Below are positions 28,535 through 37,971 of a DNA stretch of 64,000 nucleotides, one piece after another. The stretch is from a virus: the IMG/VR virus record IMGVR_UViG_3300045988_095964, one strand, 5' to 3'. Made by a program: the position numbers and the translations under genes. The notes under the pieces are model-generated. The model was given only the letters and a program-made list of their open reading frames with translations. It made no database searches and was not told the DNA's origin. Position 1 is the stretch's first letter. Each line of letters starts with the position of its first letter.

Positions 28535-29245
28535 ATGGTCTCGGCAACACACGAAGCTATGAGTGAATATATTGGTTTGGAGTTTAGTGAACGCTTAACT
28601 CAATCGGAAGACAAATTCGCTTTATCAGGGTCTCCCTTTCATGGTGAACAAATGCTATCGGTTTCGGTCGAAACTCTTAACCGGCATTGGTACGGACATC
28701 TCGCTGGTTACGTTAACCGGCTTAACTCCCGGATTGACGAGGTGAATAAGTTGGGTGTTCGTGTGATAGAGGAATCTCTGATTTTTGCTGACTACACGTT
28801 GCAGAACTTAATGCAGTCGCGTGACGTGTGGGTACGCAATTACGCTTCGGGTGTGTATAATCATTTATTCTATTTCGAGGCACTCAATAAAGATTCTTTA
28901 TTACCGGATGAGTTCCGCGCTTTACTCGAAAAACATTTCGGCGACACCGAAAAAATGCAGGAAGCGTTTATGGCACAAGTCCGCATCAATATCGGTTCGG
29001 GCTATGTTTGGATGATGCACAATGATCAGCGTGGTGTACATTTTAAGTGGACCCCTAACCTGCTCAATCCTTTATGGGAGGACATCCCTCCTACGTGGAG
29101 AGGGAAACCACTGTGGTGTGTTGACCTGTGGGAACACGCATGGTATTTGGATCACCTTACGCTGGATTCTTACGTCAATAAAATTTGGGACACTGTTAAC
29201 TGGGAAGTAGTAACCGAACGCGCCAAGAAATATGGATTATTGTAG
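28535..29245 (+). CDS. Fe/Mn superoxide dismutase homologue
   Basis: 'NRHWYGHLAGYVNRLN', 'GVYNHLFYF', 'GSGYVWM' and 'DLWEHAWYLDH...VNWEVVTER'. The positions of all four metal ligands appear conserved. Confidence 0.75.
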   Translation: MVSATHEAMSEYIGLEFSERLTQSEDKFALSGSPFHGEQMLSVSVETLNRHWYGHLAGYVNRLNSRIDEVNKLGVRVIEESLIFADYTLQNLMQSRDVWVRNYASGVYNHLFYFEALNKDSLLPDEFRALLEKHFGDTEKMQEAFMAQVRINIGSGYVWMMHNDQRGVHFKWTPNLLNPLWEDIPPTWRGKPLWCVDLWEHAWYLDHLTLDSYVNKIWDTVNWEVVTERAKKYGLL

Positions 29246-30761
29246 CAATCTACTCGTTACCGAACATGAAATAGCCGAACATGACACAACCGTCGAAGAT
29301 ATACAGAAGACGCTTACGCTCCCGAATCCGGAGTACCAGAATATCCTCCGGTTCCGTAAAGGTCGCTTCTATAAGAAGGTAGACCCTACGATCTGTTATC
29401 TTCGCAAGTCCGGCGATAAATACATTTTACCCCGTTATTATTTCGGGTTGCCCGATACTGACCGCGGAATGATCTTAGGACGTAAGACCTCCTATGAGTT
29501 CCGCGGTAAACCGCGTAAATATCAACAGGAGTTTTTCGACAAGAATCCCGGTTTCTATAAGGATTCCGGTATTTTAATCGAGATGCCCTGTGGACATGGT
29601 AAGACATTCTCTGCTATTCTTCGTGCGCATACGTTAGGGAGACAGACGTTGGTTTTGGTCCCCACGTATTTCTTGGCGCGTCAATGGAACAAGGCTATCC
29701 AAGAAGTTACGGACGCCAGTATTGTTATTCTTACTTCGGATTCCAAGGAGTTGCCTTTTGACCGGGATTTTACTATCGTGGTCATGGATTTGTTCGCCGC
29801 CCGTGTGTTACCGGAGGAGTTCGTTCAGAATGTCGGGCATGTTATTTTGGATGAGGCGCATCGTGTCGGTGCTGACACCTACATGCCTATACTGGATGAA
29901 TTGCCCGCGTATTATCGCACGGCTCTTACTGCTACGTTTCGCCGCGGTGATGGCGTTCATCGAATATTGCGGTATCATTTTGGCGGACATATTCAGATGC
30001 GCTATCAGTTTGCCAAACCGCAGGTATACTCCGTTAATACGATGGTAGAGGTTAAGGGTGTTACTACGAAGAATCGTCCGCATACGGCAATACTGAAATA
30101 CTTGGAACGCCATAAAATTCCCTATGAGGAAACACGTTCGGCGATAAGTTTTGATCCGACCAAGTGTAAGGATGTCGAGGCAGATTTCGCTTCCGGATTA
30201 CTCAATAAAACCGAATACCGGGAACTGACCTCCACGGTTAGGCGTGCCACTGAGATGTCTTTTCCTACGCTGGAGAGTTTTCTCAGCGAACATTGCGGTC
30301 GCCGTAAAAGAGTTATCCGTATTATCCAAGAGGCGCTCAATGCCGGAAGAACCGTTCTATTTCTCTCCAAGCGCAAGGAGATACTCAAAGCGATGTACAA
30401 ATATTTCGCTTCGTATAAGCCCATGCTGGTTATCTCCGAGACCAATTCTTTTACTGACGAGGAAGTTCGGTACATGCAGGATGAATGTCCGTTGGTTCTC
30501 GGTGTTACTCAGCTTGCCAAAGAGGGCTTGGATATTCCCCGGCTCGACACCCTTATTGTTCATTTACCGTTGAAAGATACTGAACAGGCTATCGGTCGTA
30601 TCTCTCGGCAGTATGAGGGTAAAAAGTTTCCGGTCGCTATCTATTTGTTGGATCAGTGCGCTTTCGCCTACGGTGTATTTACCTCGGCGCAGAAAGTCAT
30701 CGCCATTAATGGGGAGTACGCCGGAAAGGTTTCTCTGCGAAATATTCAAAACATTTTTTAA
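29232..30761 (+). CDS. SF2 DEAD/DEAH-box helicase
   Basis: Motif I 'MPCGHGKTF', motif II 'VILDEAHRV', motif III 'LTATFRR' and motif VI-like 'QAIGRISR'. Confidence 0.8.
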   Translation: MDYCSNLLVTEHEIAEHDTTVEDIQKTLTLPNPEYQNILRFRKGRFYKKVDPTICYLRKSGDKYILPRYYFGLPDTDRGMILGRKTSYEFRGKPRKYQQEFFDKNPGFYKDSGILIEMPCGHGKTFSAILRAHTLGRQTLVLVPTYFLARQWNKAIQEVTDASIVILTSDSKELPFDRDFTIVVMDLFAARVLPEEFVQNVGHVILDEAHRVGADTYMPILDELPAYYRTALTATFRRGDGVHRILRYHFGGHIQMRYQFAKPQVYSVNTMVEVKGVTTKNRPHTAILKYLERHKIPYEETRSAISFDPTKCKDVEADFASGLLNKTEYRELTSTVRRATEMSFPTLESFLSEHCGRRKRVIRIIQEALNAGRTVLFLSKRKEILKAMYKYFASYKPMLVISETNSFTDEEVRYMQDECPLVLGVTQLAKEGLDIPRLDTLIVHLPLKDTEQAIGRISRQYEGKKFPVAIYLLDQCAFAYGVFTSAQKVIAINGEYAGKVSLRNIQNIF

Positions 30762-30762
30762 T

Positions 30763-30951
30763 ATGAGCAAAGATTTTCGTGTAGAATTTCGCACTGGTTT
30801 TTGGTGGCTTTTACTTATAATTGTCACCTTTTTGACCCTCGGTCCCCTCGCCGTGGTATTTCGGGTCATTTCTTTTACTTCGGGATGCGTGTTCGAACTA
30901 TTACTGGAGGGTATTCGTATGGCCGCATTCAGAACTGTCAAACAAAACTAA
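30763..30951 (+). CDS. small membrane protein
   Basis: 62 aa. 'FWWLLLIIVTFLTLGPLAVVF'. Confidence 0.45.
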   Translation: MSKDFRVEFRTGFWWLLLIIVTFLTLGPLAVVFRVISFTSGCVFELLLEGIRMAAFRTVKQN

Positions 30952-30955
30952 GAAT

Positions 30956-31180
30956 ATGTTACGTGAGATAAGCAAATTGATTATTTTTGTAGTCGCGTTC
31001 GCTATGCCGGTAACTGTTGCCCGGATGTTTGATTCACCCGGCTTTCTGTGGTTATACGGGGTTTCGGCAATGTTTGTACTGGCCTTGCATAATCATTATG
31101 AGACATTGGAGCGCATCGACATTTTCAGAGACAACTATAAAGACGATAATGATGAGAGAGATTCTTCCGCCGGGAACTAA
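30956..31180 (+). CDS. small membrane protein
   Basis: 74 aa with two hydrophobic segments. Confidence 0.45.
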   Translation: MLREISKLIIFVVAFAMPVTVARMFDSPGFLWLYGVSAMFVLALHNHYETLERIDIFRDNYKDDNDERDSSAGN

Positions 31181-31793
31181 ATTGCCCGCAACGCGCCGTG
31201 AGAGACGGTTGCTTCAACGCCGTGGCGTCCGTAAGGATGCTTGGGAAACCTATGTCGATAACCGAGGAGCCGAGTACGACTACAAATGGGTCGCCAAAGT
31301 AGCTTCGTTCTTCAATTTTGCGATGGGAGGTTTCCTCAGCGGATTCCCTATTCTCGTCAAGAAACTTCACTATCCCGCATGGGCGTGCTATCCGTTCTTT
31401 TTCGTGCGCCGGGATTTGCATGTGGCTGACCCGATTCCTATTCTCAACCATGAGCGAATCCATGTGGTTCAACAGAGGGAGATGCACACGTTTATCAGCC
31501 TGCCGCTTATCGCGCTTTCAGCGTTTACTACTCCGTGGTTGCTGGGGTTGGTTCCTTTTGTGCCGGCTATCGTATACGGTTTGGAGTTTCTGCGTGTGTG
31601 GATGCGTATGGCGCGACTGAAAGCTCTCGGTGAGTACGAGGGAAACCTCACGGCTCAGATCATACGTGCCAACACATGCTTCGAGGCCGAGGCTACGTCC
31701 CGCGCGACAAATGCAGACTATTTGTTACACCGGAAACTTTTCGCCGAAATCGCTTATACGGGATGGCGATTGTTCCGTAAATACGGACAGTAA
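31149..31793 (+). CDS. membrane protein with HExxH motif
   Basis: 'ILNHERIHVVQQ' (HExxH at 31449-31463), flanked by hydrophobic segments. Confidence 0.5.
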   Translation: MMREILPPGTKLPATRRERRLLQRRGVRKDAWETYVDNRGAEYDYKWVAKVASFFNFAMGGFLSGFPILVKKLHYPAWACYPFFFVRRDLHVADPIPILNHERIHVVQQREMHTFISLPLIALSAFTTPWLLGLVPFVPAIVYGLEFLRVWMRMARLKALGEYEGNLTAQIIRANTCFEAEATSRATNADYLLHRKLFAEIAYTGWRLFRKYGQ

Positions 31794-31978
31794 TGAGAAG
31801 ATTGTGCAACACTATCGCTTTTATCATCTTTTGGGTGGTAGGAGGTTTTATCGCATTCGGTGCTACGGGAGAAACATCTACCGGAATGTCCGTTTACCTC
31901 GGTGCTGTGGCGTTCGTTTGTTTTTGGCTTGGCGTTCTCTGTGCCTGCCAAGCAGTAACCAATAAAGATTTAATCTGA
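31793..31978 (+). CDS. small membrane protein
   Basis: 61 aa with two hydrophobic segments. TAATG coupling. Confidence 0.45.
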   Translation: MRRLCNTIAFIIFWVVGGFIAFGATGETSTGMSVYLGAVAFVCFWLGVLCACQAVTNKDLI

Positions 31979-32208
31979 TGAACTACGATTTTGACAAAAA
32001 CACGGAACGCTCGAAGTACGAGGAGCTGTACAAGAAATCTGTCGGGAGTGTTTTCTCGGTTGCCCCCGATGATTACGAGACGGTCATGGTGCGTATGCAG
32101 GAATACAAACCTGCCGGGAAACTGTTCATGGTCATGCCTGTGATGCCCGGAACGTCGCTGTTTACCGTTTATGGGTGCGATCACTGTGTGGTCACTCTTA
32201 ACAGCTAA
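31978..32208 (+). CDS. hypothetical protein
   Basis: 76 aa. ATGA-type coupling. Confidence 0.45.
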   Translation: MNYDFDKNTERSKYEELYKKSVGSVFSVAPDDYETVMVRMQEYKPAGKLFMVMPVMPGTSLFTVYGCDHCVVTLNS

Positions 32209-32220
32209 TGTAATCGGCTG

Positions 32221-32268
32221 AAAATTAGGTATTTGGAACTTTCAAAATTAATTCTTATATTTGTTTTA
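32221..32268 (+). promoter_or_regulatory. conserved promoter cassette, copy 2
   Basis: 'AAAATTAGGTATTTGGAACTTTCAAAATTAATTCTTATATTTG'. TTTG at 32232-32235, a 20-nt spacer, then TATATTTG at 32256-32263. Confidence 0.75.
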
Positions 32269-32324
32269 CACTGATACGAAAAAACAGTGGACACACCTTA
32301 TTCACAATATTAATACATTTAATT

Positions 32325-33248
32325 ATGGTAACTGGAAAAATCAATCCGACCGCTACTATTGTAGCACAGTACCCCGCTAACTGCGAGGTTGACGCAATTC
32401 AGCACGACGGCAAAATCTACCTGCCCGTTATGAACCTCGGCGAGTTTACTCCCACGTCCGGCGGTGGCAAGGACGCTCCCGCTGAAAAACCCGCCCCTGC
32501 GAAGAAACCTGTGCCGACGCCCGCTCCTGCAAAGGAGGCCGCTCCCGCCGAAACTGAAAAGGCGTACACCGAGGAGGAACTGATGGACATGGAGGTCAAG
32601 GAACTGCTCCGCATCTGCAAGGACCTCGGTATCGACCCGAACGCCACGGAGGGCAAGAATACGAACAAGAAGCTCCGCAACCTCATTCTCGACGTACAGG
32701 AAGGTGTCGCCGGGGAGGCCGCTCCTGCAAAGGAGGGTGACGATCTGCCGTTCAGTGAAAGCGATCCGCTCTACACCAAGGAAGTCGCAGAACTCTTGGA
32801 GGAGTTCGATTCCGGTTCGCTGAACGAGAAGAAAGTCATCGAGAAGATCGAAGCTCTCGCCGGGGAGAACGAGTACGACGAAAAGGCCGTCAAGGATGCG
32901 TTCCGCAAATTCGTGGACGACGATACGACTGACCTCATGGAGATCGCCCGTGAAATCGCCGCCGCACTGGCTCCCGTCGAGAAGAAATCCGCCGCTAAGA
33001 AGTCGTCGCGCCGTACCTCTACGAAAGAGGAGGAGCCTGCTTCGAAAGAACCCAAGGGCAAACTCGTTGAACCCGACGAACTGGAGGTCGGTGACCGCGT
33101 CGCCGTATGGTGGGACGACGACAATCAGGCATGGTTCACCGGTGAGGTTGCAAACATCCGCCGCGGTAAAGTGACCATCGCTTACGACGACGAGACCGAA
33201 GGTCCTATCGAGGACATCCACACCAAGATCAAACTGTTGGAGGAGTAG
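32325..33248 (+). CDS. acidic protein with SAP/HeH-like and Tudor/Agenet-like segments
   Basis: 'MEVKELLRICKDLGIDP' and C-terminal 'VGDRVAVWWDDDNQAWFTGEVANIRRGKVTIAYDD'. Pro/Ala/Lys linkers. Confidence 0.6.
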   Translation: MVTGKINPTATIVAQYPANCEVDAIQHDGKIYLPVMNLGEFTPTSGGGKDAPAEKPAPAKKPVPTPAPAKEAAPAETEKAYTEEELMDMEVKELLRICKDLGIDPNATEGKNTNKKLRNLILDVQEGVAGEAAPAKEGDDLPFSESDPLYTKEVAELLEEFDSGSLNEKKVIEKIEALAGENEYDEKAVKDAFRKFVDDDTTDLMEIAREIAAALAPVEKKSAAKKSSRRTSTKEEEPASKEPKGKLVEPDELEVGDRVAVWWDDDNQAWFTGEVANIRRGKVTIAYDDETEGPIEDIHTKIKLLEE

Positions 33249-33274
33249 TCCGCGACATCGCCAACAAATAACGA

Positions 33275-33312
33275 GGGGAACGGACTCTTAACGGAATCTG
33301 TTCCCCTTTTTT
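33275..33312 (+). terminator. rho-independent terminator
   Basis: GGGGAACGGA / TCTGTTCCCC stem (one G-U pair), 12-nt loop, then TTTTTT. Confidence 0.85.
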
Positions 33313-33332
33313 CGTATAAAACTAAAGTCGTT

Positions 33333-33770
33333 ATGCCTACCCCAAAATCATGTAACGAGGAAGCGCTTGCATTGCAGGCTCTCGAATTCGACAACAAAAA
33401 GAAGCAAATAGCCGGTCTCGAAAAAGAGGTTAAGGCTATCCGTGTTCCTCTGGAATCCGCTGTCGATACCTTGGGAAGTGTGACCCCTACCGGTAGTAAG
33501 GTGTTCGCGCTCCCCTATGCCGACAAGGAAATCCAGTTGCACAAGACCCTCCGTCTTACCTCGGTATTGGTTCCCGAAGCCGAGGACATTCTCCGCAAAA
33601 ATCATCTTACCGAATGTCTGGAAACGGTGACGATGGTACGCGAAGACGTCATCGAACGTCTCTATCAGACCGGTAAGATTCCGGTTGATCTGCTGAACAA
33701 GCTCTACGTTCAGAAAGAATCGTATGCGTTTTCCGTGAAAGTCAAGAAACGTTTCCATGAAACCGAGTAA
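33333..33770 (+). CDS. hypothetical protein
   Basis: 145-aa ORF. No motif assigned. Confidence 0.5.
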   Translation: MPTPKSCNEEALALQALEFDNKKKQIAGLEKEVKAIRVPLESAVDTLGSVTPTGSKVFALPYADKEIQLHKTLRLTSVLVPEAEDILRKNHLTECLETVTMVREDVIERLYQTGKIPVDLLNKLYVQKESYAFSVKVKKRFHETE

Positions 33771-34053
33771 GAAGGTGACCGTTGGCGGACAAGTTATCGA
33801 GGTTACCTCGGTATCGGGTTTTGCCTATATGGTCGGAAAATCGGTCTGCACGATCAAACGATACGAACGCCAAGAGATTCTTCCCGGTGCGGTTTTGTAC
33901 ATTGACGACGTGCGCTATTACCCGGTTAATTTCGTGCGTAAAATCGCCCCGCTGATCGCCAAAATACCGGGAAATGTCAAGTGTCCCGCTGAGTTGCGGG
34001 TTGAGTTAAATCGGTTATTCGCCGAAGAAAGGAGTAAATATGCCAGCAATTAA
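33757..34053 (+). CDS. MerR/excisionase-like HTH protein
   Basis: 'GFAYMVGKSVCTIKRYERQEILP'. Confidence 0.5.
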   Translation: MKPSKKVTVGGQVIEVTSVSGFAYMVGKSVCTIKRYERQEILPGAVLYIDDVRYYPVNFVRKIAPLIAKIPGNVKCPAELRVELNRLFAEERSKYASN

Positions 34054-34288
34054 AAAAACCACTGACCCTGTTATGGAATTACGTGATTCCGGATGCACGG
34101 TCTACTACGAGAAATCACTCACTAAAAATATGGGTAACTACGAGAGTGCGAAAGTCACGGTCGGGGTTACTCTCCCTATCTCACCTACCAAAGAGGAAAT
34201 CGTTCAGATTAAGACCACCATCGAACAGGCCGATGCCCTCGTGACCGAGGAGCTGGAGGTTCAACTGAAAGAACTCGACGGTAAGTAA
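34040..34288 (+). CDS. hypothetical protein
   Basis: 82-aa ORF. Confidence 0.5.
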   Translation: MPAIKKTTDPVMELRDSGCTVYYEKSLTKNMGNYESAKVTVGVTLPISPTKEEIVQIKTTIEQADALVTEELEVQLKELDGK

Positions 34289-35043
34289 TGAATGGGTTAA
34301 CGAGACTTCGCAAAGAGTATGCGGTGTGCGATACCGTCGAGTTCAAGCGTCTGCTTTATTTCGCGTTACTGTCGAATGTCGTTCCCTATAAAATGGAGGG
34401 GGATGACACCAAGTATGCGGTATTCGCACATTTGCAGGATGACCTCGCCGACTTTTTCGCTTCGTGGAGCGGTGACGAGATCGACAATGCGCTGGATGCT
34501 CTTTATGAGGAAGGTCTTATCTTCTTTGACGAGGAACGACATATTTATGTCGGTGAGATTCGTGGTATGCGGTTTTTTCCGTTCGACATTAAGAACTCAC
34601 TGGCTGATGCCGCTATCGCCAAGTTACGGGAAGCGATTAAGACTTTCGAAACTCCCCGTTCGGCATTGCGCCGCAGTCGCGGCAGGTATATCGCCGAGCA
34701 GATAAATACTTTCATTGACCGGGGTATCGACAAAATGACCCCCAGCGACTTTACCACGTTTTTCACATTTCTTTATGAGATGTTCACTGGCGGTGAATCG
34801 TATCTTTTTCGAAACAAGGTCGAGTATTATCAGACCAGTAACATGTTAAAGGCATACGATAAATTCACTACCTTTGCAATACTCGTGGAGGGTGTGCTTA
34901 ACTTCTCGGCGTATCGCCGTAAGGGTGTTCCTACGCTTACGACGGTGGCTGTCATTAAGGACGATATTTTCGGTGCACTCACAAAGGGGTCCGGTAGTAA
35001 GGATTACATGCGTGACGCCGAAACTGAAAGCGATGGATTCTGA
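34288..35043 (+). CDS. hypothetical replication-associated protein
   Basis: 251 aa immediately upstream of, and coupled to, the helicase loader gene. Confidence 0.45.
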   Translation: MNGLTRLRKEYAVCDTVEFKRLLYFALLSNVVPYKMEGDDTKYAVFAHLQDDLADFFASWSGDEIDNALDALYEEGLIFFDEERHIYVGEIRGMRFFPFDIKNSLADAAIAKLREAIKTFETPRSALRRSRGRYIAEQINTFIDRGIDKMTPSDFTTFFTFLYEMFTGGESYLFRNKVEYYQTSNMLKAYDKFTTFAILVEGVLNFSAYRRKGVPTLTTVAVIKDDIFGALTKGSGSKDYMRDAETESDGF

Positions 35044-35666
35044 TGGACAAGAAACGACAATATCTTTTGGACTGCGGTATCAAGTGCGCATGGCATGACA
35101 AAACCGTAGACGAATTTACCAATGATGCCGATGCGCTGGATGCAGTTGTTCGTTATATCGAGAGAGCTGATGAAATGATCCGTAAGGGTGTCGGTCTGTA
35201 CTTATGGGGAGCCAACGGTACAGGAAAGTCCCACCTTATGAATACGGCGTTCATTACTTTCATCGAGAGGAAATATCGGTGTCGGGTGTTTTCTATGGAT
35301 GACATCGTTAGTCACGTTACGGCGACATGGTATTCCGATGAACAGCGTGACGCTTTTCAGAACATGCTTTGCCGAGTGGATTTCTTGGGTATTGACGAGT
35401 TCGGTAAGAATGTCGATGCTGACGGGAATCCCTTACCGTTGCCGGATTTGGTGAAACGTGTGATCGAGAGTGTCCTGCGGTATCGTGTTCAGATGAACAA
35501 ACCTGTATGGATCACGTCCAACACCGACCCTAAGAACGTGCGAAAGGTGTTCTCCGAGGATGTCGGTTCCCTGCTCAATGAAGCGGTTATTTCGGTATTG
35601 GTTCGAGGTAACGATTACCGAAAAACCGTTATTCAGAAACGCTTAAAGAATTTGCTCTATGACTGA
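35043..35666 (+). CDS. DnaC/IstB-like AAA+ helicase loader
   Basis: Walker A 'GANGTGKSHL' and Walker B 'DFLGIDEFG'. Confidence 0.75.
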   Translation: MDKKRQYLLDCGIKCAWHDKTVDEFTNDADALDAVVRYIERADEMIRKGVGLYLWGANGTGKSHLMNTAFITFIERKYRCRVFSMDDIVSHVTATWYSDEQRDAFQNMLCRVDFLGIDEFGKNVDADGNPLPLPDLVKRVIESVLRYRVQMNKPVWITSNTDPKNVRKVFSEDVGSLLNEAVISVLVRGNDYRKTVIQKRLKNLLYD

Positions 35667-37971
35667 TGGTGAAAAGCTGTTGTTATCGGTGGTCAAGCGG
35701 GGGGATTTGAAAGTCCTCTCGCAGATCAACCGGAGGTGGTTGGATGGTTCCGAGGTGGTTCAACATCGGTTTATTCTCGACTACTATAAGGAGAGCGGTG
35801 AGTTCATCGGTGTTAAGGCGTACTGTGACAAATTCGACGTGGATATTTCCTCGGTTGATGCCCGACCTGCCTACTACCTGCAACAAGTCCGCAAACGGTT
35901 TATTTTCGCCCGTATTTCCGAAGAAGTGCCTAAAGTGGTCCGCGGTCTTAAAGCGGACCCTCTCGAAAAACTCCAAGACCTGCGCGAATTGGTTTCCTCC
36001 CTTACCAACGACGGGATGGAGACCAAGGATTCCCTGTACTCCGACGATACCGACAAACGTAAGCGAATGTATGAAGATCGTGTGCGCACAAAGGGTGTCA
36101 CGTATCTGAGTATGGGAGAACCCGATCTGGACAGTACTTTGTACGGTTATCGGGAGACCGACCTTATCACTATCGGTGGACGCGCTGGTTTAGGTAAATG
36201 TCTTGGTAAAGGCACTCCTATTCTTATGGCCGATCTTTCGGTTAAGAATGTCGAAGACATCGTGGTTGGTGATAAACTTATGGGTCCCGACGGAACTCCT
36301 CGAACAGTATTGTCCTTGGCGCGTGGTCGTGAACAGATGTATTGGGTTCGTCAAGTCAAAGGTATGGACTATCGTGTCAACAAAAGTCACATACTGTCTT
36401 TGGCTGTTCCCAAAGTTTACTCACGGCGAAGAACCGTAGACGGTAAACGTGTGTACTTGGGGAGAGAAACTTCGTGGGTTACTGAGAATGTCTCCATTAC
36501 CGAGTATTACAGGCGCTCCGCTAAATTTCGAAAAGAGGCTAAGGGGTACAAAGCTCCTCGTATGACCTTTTCTGAGAGTGAGGTACCCTTTGATCCCTAC
36601 TTTTTGGGTGTATGGCTTGGAGATGGTACCTCTCGTGAACTTACGGTGACCTCTTACGATTTACCAATTATAAGGTTCCTGCATAAGTACTCCATCTCTA
36701 TGGGAAAGTATTTGCAGAATGTCGATACTGGATTGTATCGGTTTAAGAATTGTAAAACGCTTGCTCGTAAGATGCGGGAGTTGAATCTTCTCAAAACAAG
36801 GGGTTCTTCGAATCCGGGATTCAAACATATCCCCAAGGAGTTTATCTTTACTTCTGTTGAGAATCGTCTCAGATTATTGGCCGGTCTTGTCGATACTGAC
36901 GGGTACACCACTGATAACTGTATCGAAATAACTCAAAAGAGTGACGCGCTCGCAGATGACATTATGCTGTTGTGTCGAACCTTGGGATTCTATGTCTCGC
37001 ATAATCTCAAGTACGTGGACGGAACTCCCTATCACCGAATGGTTATACAAGGTGACGGGGTTGAGGATATTCCGGTTCGTATTACCCGAAAGAAATGTAC
37101 TCCGCGTAAGCAGGTTAAAAATGTCTTGCACACTGGAATCGTGGTTGAGAAAGACGTGGTTGATGACTACTATGGGTTTACCATAGACGGGGATCATCTG
37201 TTCTGTCTCGCGGATTTTACGGTTACGCATAACACGTGGCTGATCGTTCACCTTGCGAGGAAGCTCAACGAGGTGGTGCTCAAATTACGCAGTGAGGGAA
37301 TGTCCGTCGGCGACATTCTTTTCGTATCGAATGAGATCGGGGAGGATGAACTGAAAGAACGTTTCGACTGTATTAATTTCCGCCTGCCTTATGAGCGGTT
37401 CCAAAAAGGTGAACTCACCGAAAGGGAGAAAAGTCGCTACTATCATGGTCTGGACGAACTCAAAGACGCTCCGTCGGCGCTTCGAATCATTTACAGTTGC
37501 GAAACTATCGACGAGCTGACTACCAATATCGGACTGTATAATCCGTGCGTGATATTCGTGGATGGTTCTTATCTTATGGAGCCGTCTATCCCGGAGGGTT
37601 GGGAGAAGATCACGCATATTACCCGAAATCTGAAACGATTGTCCAAGAACAACAAAGTGCCTATCATCAACACTACCCAGCTCCGCAGGGGTACTGGTAA
37701 GGGGGGATCGCGCGATGCGCTTTCCGGTCAGGATGACTTTGCTTATTCGGGTTCTTATGTGCAGGATTCCGATATTGCTATCCGTATGTTCCAAGATGCG
37801 GACATGAAATTTTACGATCAAATCGGTTGCGAGATCGTTAAGGGTCGTCGTGTCTCACCCGGAACACTGTTTTTGTTCCAAAATAATTTGGAGAAAATGG
37901 ATGTGTCCGTAAAACTTTCCCCTAAAGATGCTGAAACCGAACCTACCTCCACAAGACCGGAAGTCTTTTAA
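35659..37971 (+). CDS. dnaB: DnaB-family replicative helicase, interrupted by an intein
   Basis: The exteins give 'GGRAGLGK|T' (Walker A restored after splicing), 'IFVDGSYLM' and 'IINTTQLRRG'. Confidence 0.85.
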   Translation: MTDGEKLLLSVVKRGDLKVLSQINRRWLDGSEVVQHRFILDYYKESGEFIGVKAYCDKFDVDISSVDARPAYYLQQVRKRFIFARISEEVPKVVRGLKADPLEKLQDLRELVSSLTNDGMETKDSLYSDDTDKRKRMYEDRVRTKGVTYLSMGEPDLDSTLYGYRETDLITIGGRAGLGKCLGKGTPILMADLSVKNVEDIVVGDKLMGPDGTPRTVLSLARGREQMYWVRQVKGMDYRVNKSHILSLAVPKVYSRRRTVDGKRVYLGRETSWVTENVSITEYYRRSAKFRKEAKGYKAPRMTFSESEVPFDPYFLGVWLGDGTSRELTVTSYDLPIIRFLHKYSISMGKYLQNVDTGLYRFKNCKTLARKMRELNLLKTRGSSNPGFKHIPKEFIFTSVENRLRLLAGLVDTDGYTTDNCIEITQKSDALADDIMLLCRTLGFYVSHNLKYVDGTPYHRMVIQGDGVEDIPVRITRKKCTPRKQVKNVLHTGIVVEKDVVDDYYGFTIDGDHLFCLADFTVTHNTWLIVHLARKLNEVVLKLRSEGMSVGDILFVSNEIGEDELKERFDCINFRLPYERFQKGELTEREKSRYYHGLDELKDAPSALRIIYSCETIDELTTNIGLYNPCVIFVDGSYLMEPSIPEGWEKITHITRNLKRLSKNNKVPIINTTQLRRGTGKGGSRDALSGQDDFAYSGSYVQDSDIAIRMFQDADMKFYDQIGCEIVKGRRVSPGTLFLFQNNLEKMDVSVKLSPKDAETEPTSTRPEVF
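36199..37233 (+). mobile_element. intein (345 aa) with LAGLIDADG homing endonuclease, in the DnaB P-loop
   Basis: Starts 'CLGKGTPILM' and ends 'FTVTHN' with +1 Thr. LAGLIDADG motifs 'FLGVWLGDGT' and 'LLAGLVDTDGY'. Confidence 0.85.

Noticed and set aside
32319-33221. 300-aa minus-strand ORF mirroring the acidic Tudor-like gene
   Set aside because: It is antisense to a GC-rich, codon-biased + strand gene that has its own promoter and terminator in the + orientation.
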